64,000 nt of DNA from Alphaproteobacteria bacterium (GTDB lineage Bacteria > Pseudomonadota > Alphaproteobacteria > GCA-2731375). Below are positions 28,943-37,892 of the stretch, piece by piece. The DNA lies in the NCBI GenBank assembly GCA_965225945.1, contig CBDDBZ010000025.1, positions 32,001 to 96,000 on the forward strand, read 5' to 3'. The notes beneath the pieces were generated by a model. The model ran no database searches. It had not been told where the DNA came from and saw nothing but the letters and a program-made list of their open reading frames with translations. Position numbers and translations under genes: made by a program. Position 1 is the stretch's first letter. The number at the start of each line of letters is the position of its first letter.

Positions 28943-29388
28943 ATAGCCACAGCGCGAAACAAAATCAGCCAAGCCCAAAAGCATCCCGTCAGCCAACCGC
29001 CACCGACCGCTCAAAAAGAGCACCATATAAGCGCACCCTGGAACCACCGCTAACAAGCGAAAGACGTCGATGTGGTGCAGTCTTACGAGAACTTCACCGG
29101 CGGCGTGCTGGTGAGCCTGGTCGAGCACGGCTTTTTCGCGCCAGAGGAAGCCGCCGAGTTCCTGACCAAGGAGAACCTGATCGCGCCGTCGGGCCGCCTG
29201 CCGCTCAACACCAGCGGCGGCAATCTGGCCGAATGCTACATGCACGGGCTGGAGCTACAGTTGGAGGCGATCCGTCAGGTCCGGGGCTCCTCCACCGCGC
29301 AGGTGCCCGACGCCGAGGTCTCCATGGTCTGTTCCGGCCCCCTGGTGAGCCCGGTCAGCAGCCTGATCCTGGGCGCGGAGGCGACGCT

Positions 29389-29841
29389 GTGAGACCTGCG
29401 CCGAAGCGCTATCTCCCGGCCGGCCTGCCGATCCCGGTGGCCGAGGCCGACGGCCTCTCGGCGCCTTATTGGCAGGGCCTGCGCGAGGAAGTGATCCGGG
29501 TGCAGAAGTGCGGCGGCTGCGGCGTGTTGCAATGGGGCCCGGAATGGATCTGCCATCGTTGCCATTGCTTCGATCTCGGTTGGACCGAGGTCCAGGGGCG
29601 GGGGCGGATCTACAGCTGGGAGCGCTCGTGGCATCCGGTGCACCCCGCGCTGAAGGACCACGGACCCTATATCGTCGTGCTGGTGGAACTGACGGGGACG
29701 GGAGGGCTTCGCATGATCGGCAACCTGCTGGGCGATCCCAGGCAAAATGTGCGCGTCGGCTCGCAAGTCGAGGCCGCCTTCGAGCACCATGGCGACGCCG
29801 AGCCACCCCATAGCCTGCTGCAATGGCGCCATGCCGAGTGA
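29389..29841 (+). CDS. Zn-ribbon/OB-fold (DUF35) protein, partner of the thiolase-like protein
   Basis: QKCGGC, ICHRC, GRGRIYSW and PYIVVLVEL motifs; GTG overlaps the thiolase stop. Confidence 0.88.
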   Translation: MRPAPKRYLPAGLPIPVAEADGLSAPYWQGLREEVIRVQKCGGCGVLQWGPEWICHRCHCFDLGWTEVQGRGRIYSWERSWHPVHPALKDHGPYIVVLVELTGTGGLRMIGNLLGDPRQNVRVGSQVEAAFEHHGDAEPPHSLLQWRHAE

Positions 29842-29857
29842 TAGCCGGGAGGACGAA

Positions 29858-31057
29858 ATGAGCGAACGGACGATCAACGAGCCGAATCTCTGGCGGCTGG
29901 AGACGCCGGGCGCGGCCGGCTGGGAATGGTCGGCGCGGCCGGACGCGGCGCGGAAATATTTCATGGTCTCGAGCGACTGCCACGCCAACGAGCCGGCCGA
30001 TCTCTGGGCGCTACGGATCGAGCCGGCCTATCGCGACCGCATTCCCCGGGTCGAGGTCGACGAGAACGGCGTCCGGTGGCGGGTGAGCGAAGGCCATCGC
30101 CCCGACCGCATCCGCGATCAGAGCTTCGAGGGCGAAGACAAGCTCCGGGCCGCCGCCGGCGCCCTCATCCCCGAGCGGGCGGGGGACCTGAAGCGGGACG
30201 GTATCGACGTCGAGATCATCTTTCCCAACAAGGGCCTCGCCATGTGGGCGACGCCGGATGCGGTGTTCGCCAACGCCCAGTGCCGAGTCTGGAACGACTG
30301 GGCCGCCGAGACCTATGGCAAGCACGATTCGATGGTCCCCGTCGCGGCGATCGCCACCGGCGACCTCGAGGGCGCGATGGGTGAGATCGAGCGCACGGCG
30401 GCGATGGGCTTTTCCATCCTGACGCTTCCCTGCAAGCCGGTCTGGGGCGGCCACGACGTCGAGCACGTCAACTACAACCTGCCACATTTCGATTCCCTCT
30501 GGGCGCTGGTCGAGGAGGTCGACATGACGCTGACCTTCCACGTCTCGACCGGGCGCGATCCGCGCGCCGCGCGCGGCAACGGGGGTGCCGTGATCAACTA
30601 CGTGACCCACTCGCTCGCGCCGACGATCGAGCCGGTGGCGAACCTCTGCGCCTCCGGCGTGCTGGAGCGGTTTCGCAAGCTCCGCTTCGCCACCGTCGAG
30701 GCCGGGATCGGCTGGGTGCCGTGGCTGCTGGACGCCATGGACGAGGCCTACCGCAAGCACCACATGTGGGCGCGGCCCAAACTTCAAGGCCTGCCGAGCG
30801 ACTATTACCGGGCGCACGGCGGCTCGACCTTCCAGGAGGATCCGGCCGGGCTGGGGCTCGCGGTGGCCCACGACCTGGTCGACAATTTCATGTGGGCCAA
30901 CGACTACCCGCACCACGAAAGCACCTGGCCTCATTCGGCCGAGGCGATCGAGCGGACCATGGGGCATCTCGACGACGGCCAGCGGGCCAAGCTCCTGGGC
31001 CTGAACGCGGCCCGTCTGTTCGGCCTCGAGGTGCCGGAGGGCCAGCGCTTGGTTTGA
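29858..31057 (+). CDS. Amidohydrolase family 2 protein
   Basis: SSDCHANEP, TFHVSTG, VEAGIGWVP and WANDYPHHE motifs. Confidence 0.9.
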   Translation: MSERTINEPNLWRLETPGAAGWEWSARPDAARKYFMVSSDCHANEPADLWALRIEPAYRDRIPRVEVDENGVRWRVSEGHRPDRIRDQSFEGEDKLRAAAGALIPERAGDLKRDGIDVEIIFPNKGLAMWATPDAVFANAQCRVWNDWAAETYGKHDSMVPVAAIATGDLEGAMGEIERTAAMGFSILTLPCKPVWGGHDVEHVNYNLPHFDSLWALVEEVDMTLTFHVSTGRDPRAARGNGGAVINYVTHSLAPTIEPVANLCASGVLERFRKLRFATVEAGIGWVPWLLDAMDEAYRKHHMWARPKLQGLPSDYYRAHGGSTFQEDPAGLGLAVAHDLVDNFMWANDYPHHESTWPHSAEAIERTMGHLDDGQRAKLLGLNAARLFGLEVPEGQRLV

Positions 31058-31094
31058 CACGGTTCCGCGCCACCCGCCGTCGCGAGCGCGACGA

Positions 31095-31152
31095 AAGATT
31101 CGGGGACACAATACTTAACTTCATGAAGTTAAGTATTGTGTCCCCGAATCTT
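31095..31152. repeat. 58-bp perfect palindrome between convergent genes, same family as 15011-15069
   Basis: aagattcggggacacaatacttaacttca|tgaagttaagtattgtgtccccgaatctt, followed by a gaatcttg duplication. Confidence 0.92.
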
Positions 31153-31169
31153 GGAATCTTGGCAGGCGT

Positions 31170-31964
31170 TCAGCGTCCCTCGAGCGAGCCGAGAAACTCG
31201 CCGACCAGGCGGTTGACCGCGTCGGGATATTCCCAGGCAGGGAAGCCGCCCGCGCCGGGGATCACCGCGCGTCGCGCCGCCGGGAGCATGGTTTCCAGCG
31301 AAGCGGCGGCGGCGTGGAAGTCGGCGACATCGTGTTCGCCGTTATAGAACAGAATCGCCAAGTCCGCCTCGGCGAGCCGATCCTCGACCGGTGCCACGGG
31401 CCACGCCGGCCTTTCCTCGAGCCAGTTGGCGCCGGCGAAATCCTCGATCATGGCGCGGTGCGCCGCGGCCCGGCAGGCAAGTGGATCGGCGCGCATCACG
31501 GCGAACCATTCCGGCTCATCGAACCACGCCTTGCGGGCCGCCGCCATCCCGTCCCGCTTGGCGATCTCGCGCACCAGGGCCAGCTCCCCGTCGACGCTCG
31601 CCATCGCGCGGCCGGGTGGCACCGGGCCCTCCAGGATCAGCGAGCGGAAATGCTCCGGCGCGTTGGCCGCCAGCAGCATGGCTGGCGCGGTGCCGGTATG
31701 GGTCCCCCAATAGTGGCAGGGCACGGCGCCGGCCGCCGTGATCGCCGCGCCCACATGGCTTGCCATTTCCAGGCGACCGTACGGCCCGGCGATTTCGGCC
31801 GAGAGCCCGTGGCCCGGCAGGTCGATCAGCAGCAGACGGTAACGCGCGGCGAAGGCCGCCTCCTGGGCCGAGAAGTAGCGCTGGTCCTGCGACATGCCGT
31901 GGACCATGACGAGCCAGGGCGCCCCCGCCCCCGCCGCCTCGACGATGCGCGAGCCCGCGGTCAT
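31170..31964 (-). CDS. Alpha/beta-fold hydrolase with non-canonical catalytic motifs
   Basis: VMVHG, IDLPGHGLS, elbow WGTHTG, NGEHD and IPGAGGF..EYP motifs. Confidence 0.82.
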   Translation of the reverse strand: MTAGSRIVEAAGAGAPWLVMVHGMSQDQRYFSAQEAAFAARYRLLLIDLPGHGLSAEIAGPYGRLEMASHVGAAITAAGAVPCHYWGTHTGTAPAMLLAANAPEHFRSLILEGPVPPGRAMASVDGELALVREIAKRDGMAAARKAWFDEPEWFAVMRADPLACRAAAHRAMIEDFAGANWLEERPAWPVAPVEDRLAEADLAILFYNGEHDVADFHAAAASLETMLPAARRAVIPGAGGFPAWEYPDAVNRLVGEFLGSLEGR

Positions 31965-33010
31965 GCCCGCCCGGCCCCCGAGCGGACCATCAGGCAGAGG
32001 ATCTCGAACAGCATCTGCCCGCCGACCTGGGCGGTGTTGGTGGTGGCGTCGTATTGCGGCGCCACCTCGACGACGTCGCCGCCGACGATGTCGAGGCCGT
32101 CCAAGCCCTGAAACAGGATCTGCACCTCGCGCGGGCTGAGACCGCCCACCTCCGGCGTGCCGGTGCCGGGCGCGAAGGCGGGATCGATGCCGTCGACGTC
32201 GAGCGAGATGTAGCAGGGCCCCTCGCCGATCACGCGGCGCGCCTCGGCGATCACGGAATCGACGCCCATGCGGTGAAAGCTCTCGGCGTGGATCACCGTC
32301 ATGCCGGCCTGGTAGGAAAACTCCCAGAGGTATTCGGCCGAGCCCCGAATGCCGATCTGGATCGCCCGCTCCGGGTCCAGGGCACCGGCGAGGACGGCGT
32401 GGCGGAAGGGGCCGCCGTGGTGGAACTTGGTGTCCTCGAACTGGCCGCCGGTATCGCAATGGGCGTCGATATGGACCATGCCGACGGGCCGTTTCCGGCC
32501 GAGCGATTTCAGGATCGGATAGCTGATCGAATGGTCGCCGCCGACCGAAAGCGGGCGTATGCCCGCCGCCACCAGGCGATCGTAGAAGGCCTCGATGTCC
32601 TCCAGCGAGCTATCCAGGCTATAGCGGCTGCGGAACGGGACATCGCCGATGTCGGCGATGCGGGCCTGCAGGCGGGGCGCGATCCGGTGGACATGGTGGA
32701 AGGGGCCGATCCGTTCCATCGCGCGGATCGAGCGCGGCCCGAAGCGGGCGCCGGGCCGGTTGGTGACGCCCAGGTCCATCGGCACGCCGATGAGCGCGAT
32801 ATCGATCTCGCCGAAGTCCGTGCCGTCGGCCGGCGCCGGCAGATAGGGCGCGTCCAGCAGCGTCGGCACGCCGCTATAGGGGAAGCTGCGCTTGCCGGTG
32901 GCGTCGAACACGCCTTCGGCGACGCGGCGGAGTTCCGGATCATCGATCTGGTCGGCGCCGGCCTCGCCGTACTTCTCGCGCAGTCGCGCCAGTTTTTCCT
33001 CGGACGTCAT
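31961..33010 (-). CDS. speB: Agmatinase/ureohydrolase
   Basis: GGDHS, HIDAHCDT, HGGPF and SLDVDGIDPAFAPGTGTPE motifs; exact substrate uncertain. Confidence 0.88.
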   Translation of the reverse strand: MTSEEKLARLREKYGEAGADQIDDPELRRVAEGVFDATGKRSFPYSGVPTLLDAPYLPAPADGTDFGEIDIALIGVPMDLGVTNRPGARFGPRSIRAMERIGPFHHVHRIAPRLQARIADIGDVPFRSRYSLDSSLEDIEAFYDRLVAAGIRPLSVGGDHSISYPILKSLGRKRPVGMVHIDAHCDTGGQFEDTKFHHGGPFRHAVLAGALDPERAIQIGIRGSAEYLWEFSYQAGMTVIHAESFHRMGVDSVIAEARRVIGEGPCYISLDVDGIDPAFAPGTGTPEVGGLSPREVQILFQGLDGLDIVGGDVVEVAPQYDATTNTAQVGGQMLFEILCLMVRSGAGRA

Positions 33011-33119
33011 GGCGTGCTTCGCTCCTTGGAATCTCGATCGGCGATTGTAACGCCTCGCCGAACTTCCGCCAGACGCTATGATGGCTATCGATGCACCAGA
33101 CCTGGGCGGAGAAAAGACC

Positions 33120-34022
33120 ATGGCCGAAGCGATCAGCTTCCATAGCGAAGGCTTCAAACTGATGGGTGACGTCTATCTGCCGGACGGCCTGGAGCCGGGG
33201 GAACGCCGCGCCGCCATCGTGCTCTGCCACGGCTATACCGGCGTCAAGGACCTCTACCTGCCTGATAACGCCCGGGTCCTGAAGCAGGCCGGCTACGTGG
33301 TCCTGGCCTTCGACTACAAGGGTTGGGGCGAGAGCGAGGGGCCGCGAACCCGGCTCAGCCCGCACGGCCGCGTCGCCGACGTGCAGGCGGCGCTGACCTA
33401 CCTCGCGCACCGGGGGGAGGTCGATGCCGACCGCCTGGGCCTCTACGGCACGAGCTACGGCGGCGCCACGGTGGTCTGGGTCGGCGCCCTCGACCCCAGG
33501 GCCAAATGCATCGTCAGCGTCGTCGGCATCGGCGACGGGCGGCGCTGGATGCGGAGCGTGCGCCGGCGCGACGAATGGGTCGACCTGCTGGAGCGCTCGG
33601 CCGGCGATCGGGAGCGGCGGATGCGGACGGGGGAATCGGAGTCCGTCGAGCGTTCGGAGGTGCTGCTGGCGGACCGCCAGTCGGCCGAGCTGGCGGCGGC
33701 GGCCCGCAGAGATGTGCCCACGGCGCTCAACACCCTACCGCTCGAATTTATCGACGACACGCTCGGCTTCCACCCCGAATGGGTGGTCGACAAAATCGCC
33801 CCCCGGCCGATCCTCTTCATCACCACCGACGACGACCGCCTGGTGCCGCCGGAGGAATCGATCGCGCTCCACGCCAAGGCCGGCGAGCCGAAGAAGCTGG
33901 TCATCCTGAAGGGTTACGGCCACTACGAGGTCTATGTAGAGCCAGCCTTCGGCGAGGTGATGGCGGAGACGCTGGCCTGGTACGAGACCCATCTGCCGGC
34001 GCGCTCTCAGCCTCGGGGATAG
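33120..34022 (+). CDS. Alpha/beta hydrolase (serine peptidase/esterase-like)
   Basis: LCHGY, FDYKGWGESEG, GTSYGG, DRLVP and GHYEVY motifs. Confidence 0.88.
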   Translation: MAEAISFHSEGFKLMGDVYLPDGLEPGERRAAIVLCHGYTGVKDLYLPDNARVLKQAGYVVLAFDYKGWGESEGPRTRLSPHGRVADVQAALTYLAHRGEVDADRLGLYGTSYGGATVVWVGALDPRAKCIVSVVGIGDGRRWMRSVRRRDEWVDLLERSAGDRERRMRTGESESVERSEVLLADRQSAELAAAARRDVPTALNTLPLEFIDDTLGFHPEWVVDKIAPRPILFITTDDDRLVPPEESIALHAKAGEPKKLVILKGYGHYEVYVEPAFGEVMAETLAWYETHLPARSQPRG

Positions 34023-35290
34023 GCCTCCGGACAGCTCTCGGGCCCGGGGGCGAAAATCTCCTTCGGCTCGCGCACGCCGCGCAGCGCATGGAATCCGAGC
34101 GAGACGAGCCCTTCATGGCCATGCGCCTCGGCGAATGCGGCGGAGGCGAGGAGCGGCCGGTCGAGCACCTTGCAGAGCGCTTCCATCCGTGACGCCTCGT
34201 TTACCGCCGGGCCGATCACGGTGAAGTCCAACCGCTCGCGGGCGCCGATATTGCCGTAGCGCACCTCGCCGGCGTGGAGGCCGATGCCGCAGCGGATCTC
34301 GGGCTGGCCCTCGCCGGTCCGCTCAACGTTCTCGGAGGCGAGCCGTTTCAACGCGCGCCTGGCGGCCGAGAGCGCCCTGGTGCTGTCCTCGGCCAGGCTC
34401 GAGCCCTCGGCGAAGATCGCCAAGACCCCGTCGCCCATGAACTTGAGGATCTCGCCGCCGGCGCTTTCCACCGCCTCGACCTGGATCTCGAAGAAATCGC
34501 CGAGCAGTGCGATGATCGCCGGCGCCGGCATGCGGTCCGAGAGGCGGGTGAAGCCCCGGATATCGCTGATCCAGATCACCGCGCGGAGGCTTTCGACCTG
34601 GGCCCGGCGCACGGTGCCGGCGAGCACGCGCCGCGTCGGCTCCCGCCCGAGATAGGTGTTGAGCAGGGTGCGGGTCTCTTCGTGCGCCGTCTCCACCTCG
34701 ACCCGGAGCGCGATCAACGGTAGCAGATCGTAAAGCAGGGTCAGTTGCGCGGTGGTGAAGCCGCCGGGCGACAGGGTCGCTCAGGAAATGAAGTTGATCT
34801 CTCCCGTCGAATGCACGATCGGCATGATCACATAATCGGTGCAGCCCATTTCCACCAGATCGTGCAGCACCGGAAAATCCAGCGTCGGCGACGGCCCCTC
34901 CAGACGGCGCCGGATCGCCCCGGCGCCCTCGTGAATGAGCCGTGCCGGCGAATCGAGATAGGGCGACGCCGAGCGGGTGCCGTAGCTCATGTCGTGGAAG
35001 GGAATACCGGCCTCGCCATGGCGCCAGGCGGCGGTGCGGGCCACGACCTCGGGATGGCGCGAGCTGACCGAGAGGTTGACCCGGCGGAGCGGGATGCCCT
35101 GGTCCACCAGTTTCAGACAGAGCCGCTCCAGCAGTTGGGCGAGATCGATCCGTGTCCCGCGATGCTCGACCAGCCAGTCGGCTACCGGATTGGAGGACCA
35201 ACTGGGGTGGATATGGACCAGCGTCGAGTCCGAATCGGCCGCCTCGGCGTCGCCCTCGCCCACCTCCTCGATCCGTCGACCCGTCGTCAT
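34007..35290 (-). pseudogene. Class III adenylate/guanylate cyclase with an in-frame TGA at 34781-34783
   Basis: The N- and C-terminal ORFs are in the same frame across one stop (INFIS*ATLSPGGF); SDIRGFT, KFMGDG and DFTVIGPAVNEASR motifs. Confidence 0.85.
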
Positions 35291-36638
35291 CGTCTCGGCC
35301 AGCAGCCCTGATTTCGTAAGTTTACATTTTCGTAACTGCCCAGGTACATGGTGGCCTTTTAGGCGGCGTGGAGACGCTCGATCAGGGTTTCGGGATTTTC
35401 CATGAGCGCCTGGATGATGTTCCAGCCCTGTTTTCTGGCGGTCGAGATGAAGCCGCGGACGGTGGCAAAGTCTTCGGCGCCTTTCTGGCTGCGGAAGCCG
35501 CCGGAGATTTTCTGCTTGACCTTCATCATGCGCCCGTCCTGCTCGGCCTGATTGTTGGTGAACGGCACGGCGAAATTGATGAGGAAGCGCAGCGCGTCTT
35601 CCTTGTGTGTCTGAAGGCGCCGGAGAAGGTTGTGCCCGGTGCGGCGCGGCTTGCTTCCCCGGCGCTTGGCCTTGCTCGATCTGGGCGCAAGAGGAGGTTG
35701 TGCCTCGTGAAAGGCGATGCCCTCGGCCGTGATCGCGTCGTAACACCCTCGGAAGCGCTCGACGAGGCCTGGTTTCAGCGCCACGCCCCGCTCCCGGGCG
35801 AGATTTACCGCGTGGCAGGCGCGGCGCAATAGTCTCTGCATCTTGCGTGCCCAGCCCTCCTTCTCGATCTCGATCAGGGCTTGCAACTCGCGCAGGTGAT
35901 GGGCGTTGCACAGCGCGTGCCGTACGCCCTCCATCGTAAAGTACGGCTTCCAGTGGTCATGGACGACGATGCCGCCGACTCCGCCGAGCAGGCTGCCGCG
36001 TCGCTCCGAGACCCGATAGAAGGTCAACCGCGCGGTCGAGGCGACGTGCAACCATTGGGTCCGCCCGGCGATCCGCAAGCCGGTCTCGTCCATGTGCTTG
36101 ACCGGCGCCGATTTCACCAGTTCGCGGATCACATCGACGACGCCTTGGACGGACTCGGCGCTGTTCCCGCCCATCCGCGCGAGGCTCGCCGGAGACAGTT
36201 CCGCCCCGAACAGATCCTTCATCAATTCAGCCAGGCGGTCCTCGGGCAGGAGTTGGTAGTGCGACAGGTAGACCACCATGGCTCCGATCCGAGCGCCGTA
36301 TTGAACCGGGCCGGTGATGGCGACGGGAAAAGAAGCCCGAGTGTACGTGCCGCAATGCCCGCAACGGCAGCGATGCGCCCGATGCTCCGTGACCACCAGG
36401 GGCCGGGGCTCGGGTAGATCGAAAACCTGGCGGGCCCCATGGCCGGTAGCCATATCCGGCGTCAATCCCGAACCACACCACTGGTACGTCTCGGGATAAT
36501 GGTCGACGGTGGCGTCGGGATCGGCGACTTGGCGCAGGGTCTCGCCCTTGTGGCCCTTTTGCCCGCCCGGCTTGCGGGCCGATTTCTTACGGAGGCTCCT
36601 GGTGCGCTTCTTTTTACCCGCCGGTGGCTTGTTCAATC

Positions 36639-37393
36639 CATGCCTATCCGGTTATCACCCACACCCACTATATGTAGTGTGTCTCCTTGGACTGCAGGCA
36701 AGGGCCGGCGCAGGCGCATTGAGGAGGCGATCCGGCTAATTCTTGATTGTTCTGAAAACCGAACCGGAGTTTAATTCACGTCACGTACTTAACATCGGGG
36801 GACGGAACGGTGGCGACCAAGGGAAAAACGAAGAAACCCACGGCCAGACGGGAAGCTGCTGATGAAACGACATCGTCTGAGCGATTGACGGCACTAGTCG
36901 AAGAAAGCGACGCGCTGGCACGAATCGTTGCGAAGAACCCGTCCGCGCCTGTTAGTCTCCTGCGCGTTTTGAGTCGCAGCGAAGACGAAGCGACACGCAA
37001 GAACGTGATCCTCAATCCGTTTACTTCATATGACGTATTGAGCGAACTTGAAAACCAGTTCACAGAGCTATTTGTGAATAATCCGGCACTCGAATCCTAC
37101 AATTCAATGAAGCTCTGATTTCCTGGAATATTCCATCGGTGTCGTTCACCTCCGATTTCAGATAAATTTCAATGAAGTGACGGTCCTTTATGCAACGTGG
37201 CGTTTTGCCAAATCCGACTCAATGATTAGGATTTCCACCACGCTAAAGTGTCGCCTAAAAGGCGCTACAATGCCGTCCGAGTCCCTGCTCGGCATCGCCG
37301 GAGATATCTCCGCTTCGACCTGCACCGAGCTTTACTCAGGAAAATGGGTGCACACTACATATAGTGGGTGTGGGTGATAACCGGATAGGCAAG
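36639..37393. mobile_element. Non-autonomous cargo cassette (MITE/MIC-like) with 41-43-bp TIRs
   Basis: tgcctatccggttatcacccacacccactatatgtagtgtg (36641-36681) is perfectly inverted at 37351-37391; TSD gttcaatc (36631-36638 and 37394-37401); no transposase inside. Confidence 0.9.
36810..37118 (+). CDS. Passenger ORF resembling leucine-rich-repeat-variant (LRV)/HEAT-like repeats, possibly a gene fragment
   Basis: Repeating A.NP.[TA]P...L..L pattern (VAKNPSAPVSLLRVLS, VILNPFTSYDVLSEL, VNNPAL); more AT-rich than the host DNA. Confidence 0.6.
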   Translation: MATKGKTKKPTARREAADETTSSERLTALVEESDALARIVAKNPSAPVSLLRVLSRSEDEATRKNVILNPFTSYDVLSELENQFTELFVNNPALESYNSMKL

Positions 37394-37892
37394 GTTCAAT
37401 CCATCGCTCGACGGTGGCTTGCCGCTGTTCGTGCTGTTCAGGCCAAGCCGGCGCTCGAGTTCACCAAGCCGGAGTTCGAACTCGGCGAGCCGCGACCCTT
37501 GGGCCAGCACCACATCGATCAGCTCGTCTTTCGACAAAAAGGCAAGAACATCCCTATCCATCGAATCCTTAGAATCGACCAACCACCCTATGTCAAACGA
37601 AATCTAGGCCGTCAGCGCCCCAAACCCACAAAATCTGCCCCCAGAGACCCAATCCGCAGCCTCATCGAAATCAGCTACCTGGGCAGTTACACATTTTCTT
37701 TAATATTTTGTGCTGCGCGGTCCCACGCATAGTGATATAGGGCGCGCGGGGAGGACGGCGGCCGCTCTTCAGATGGGTGCGCCGTCGAGGCGACACAAGG
37801 GTTGGGCAGGCCGTCCATCGGGCGGCGCCGTCGCCGGTCGGTGAAGCGAATATCGGAGGGGCCGCCTGGCGGCGTTGGCGTCGAGTTTTCCA

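Larger units (their letters stand above)
24923..29055 (+). mobile_element. IS21-family-derived four-gene transposon (4,133 bp)
   Basis: TGT...ACA termini; imperfect 35-bp IRs sharing gcgctta(g/t)atggtg; 6-bp TSD agcgaa (24917-24922 and 29056-29061). Confidence 0.93.
24072..29392 (+). pseudogene. Thiolase-like (lipid-transfer/Ltp2-type) protein split by a transposon; pieces at 24072-24922 and 29062-29392
   Basis: Removing the element and one TSD copy restores the in-frame ...MAGLGAKDVDVVQSYENFTG...; VAIAGIGET, DCCQENDGA and NTSGGNLAE motifs. Confidence 0.9.
35359..37561 (-). pseudogene. IS66 transposase interrupted after NSGKPPSSDGLN
   Basis: The N-terminal part (37394-37561) has NSTNSGKPPSSD. 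The C-terminal part has KPGGQKGH, HMDETG, HALCNAHHLREL and PFTNNQAEQD. The first Zn-finger Cys reads Tyr (YQWC). Confidence 0.9.
35332..37690 (-). mobile_element. IS66-family IS (ISBst12-type, single ORF) containing a 755-bp insert
   Basis: TIRs gtaactgcccaggta (35332-35346 and 37676-37690); 8-bp TSD acattttc (35324-35331 and 37691-37698). Confidence 0.94.

Noticed and set aside
34781-34783. Selenocysteine or other recoding of the in-frame TGA
   Set aside because: The position corresponds to an expected Trp rather than Cys, and TGA is the normal stop throughout the window.
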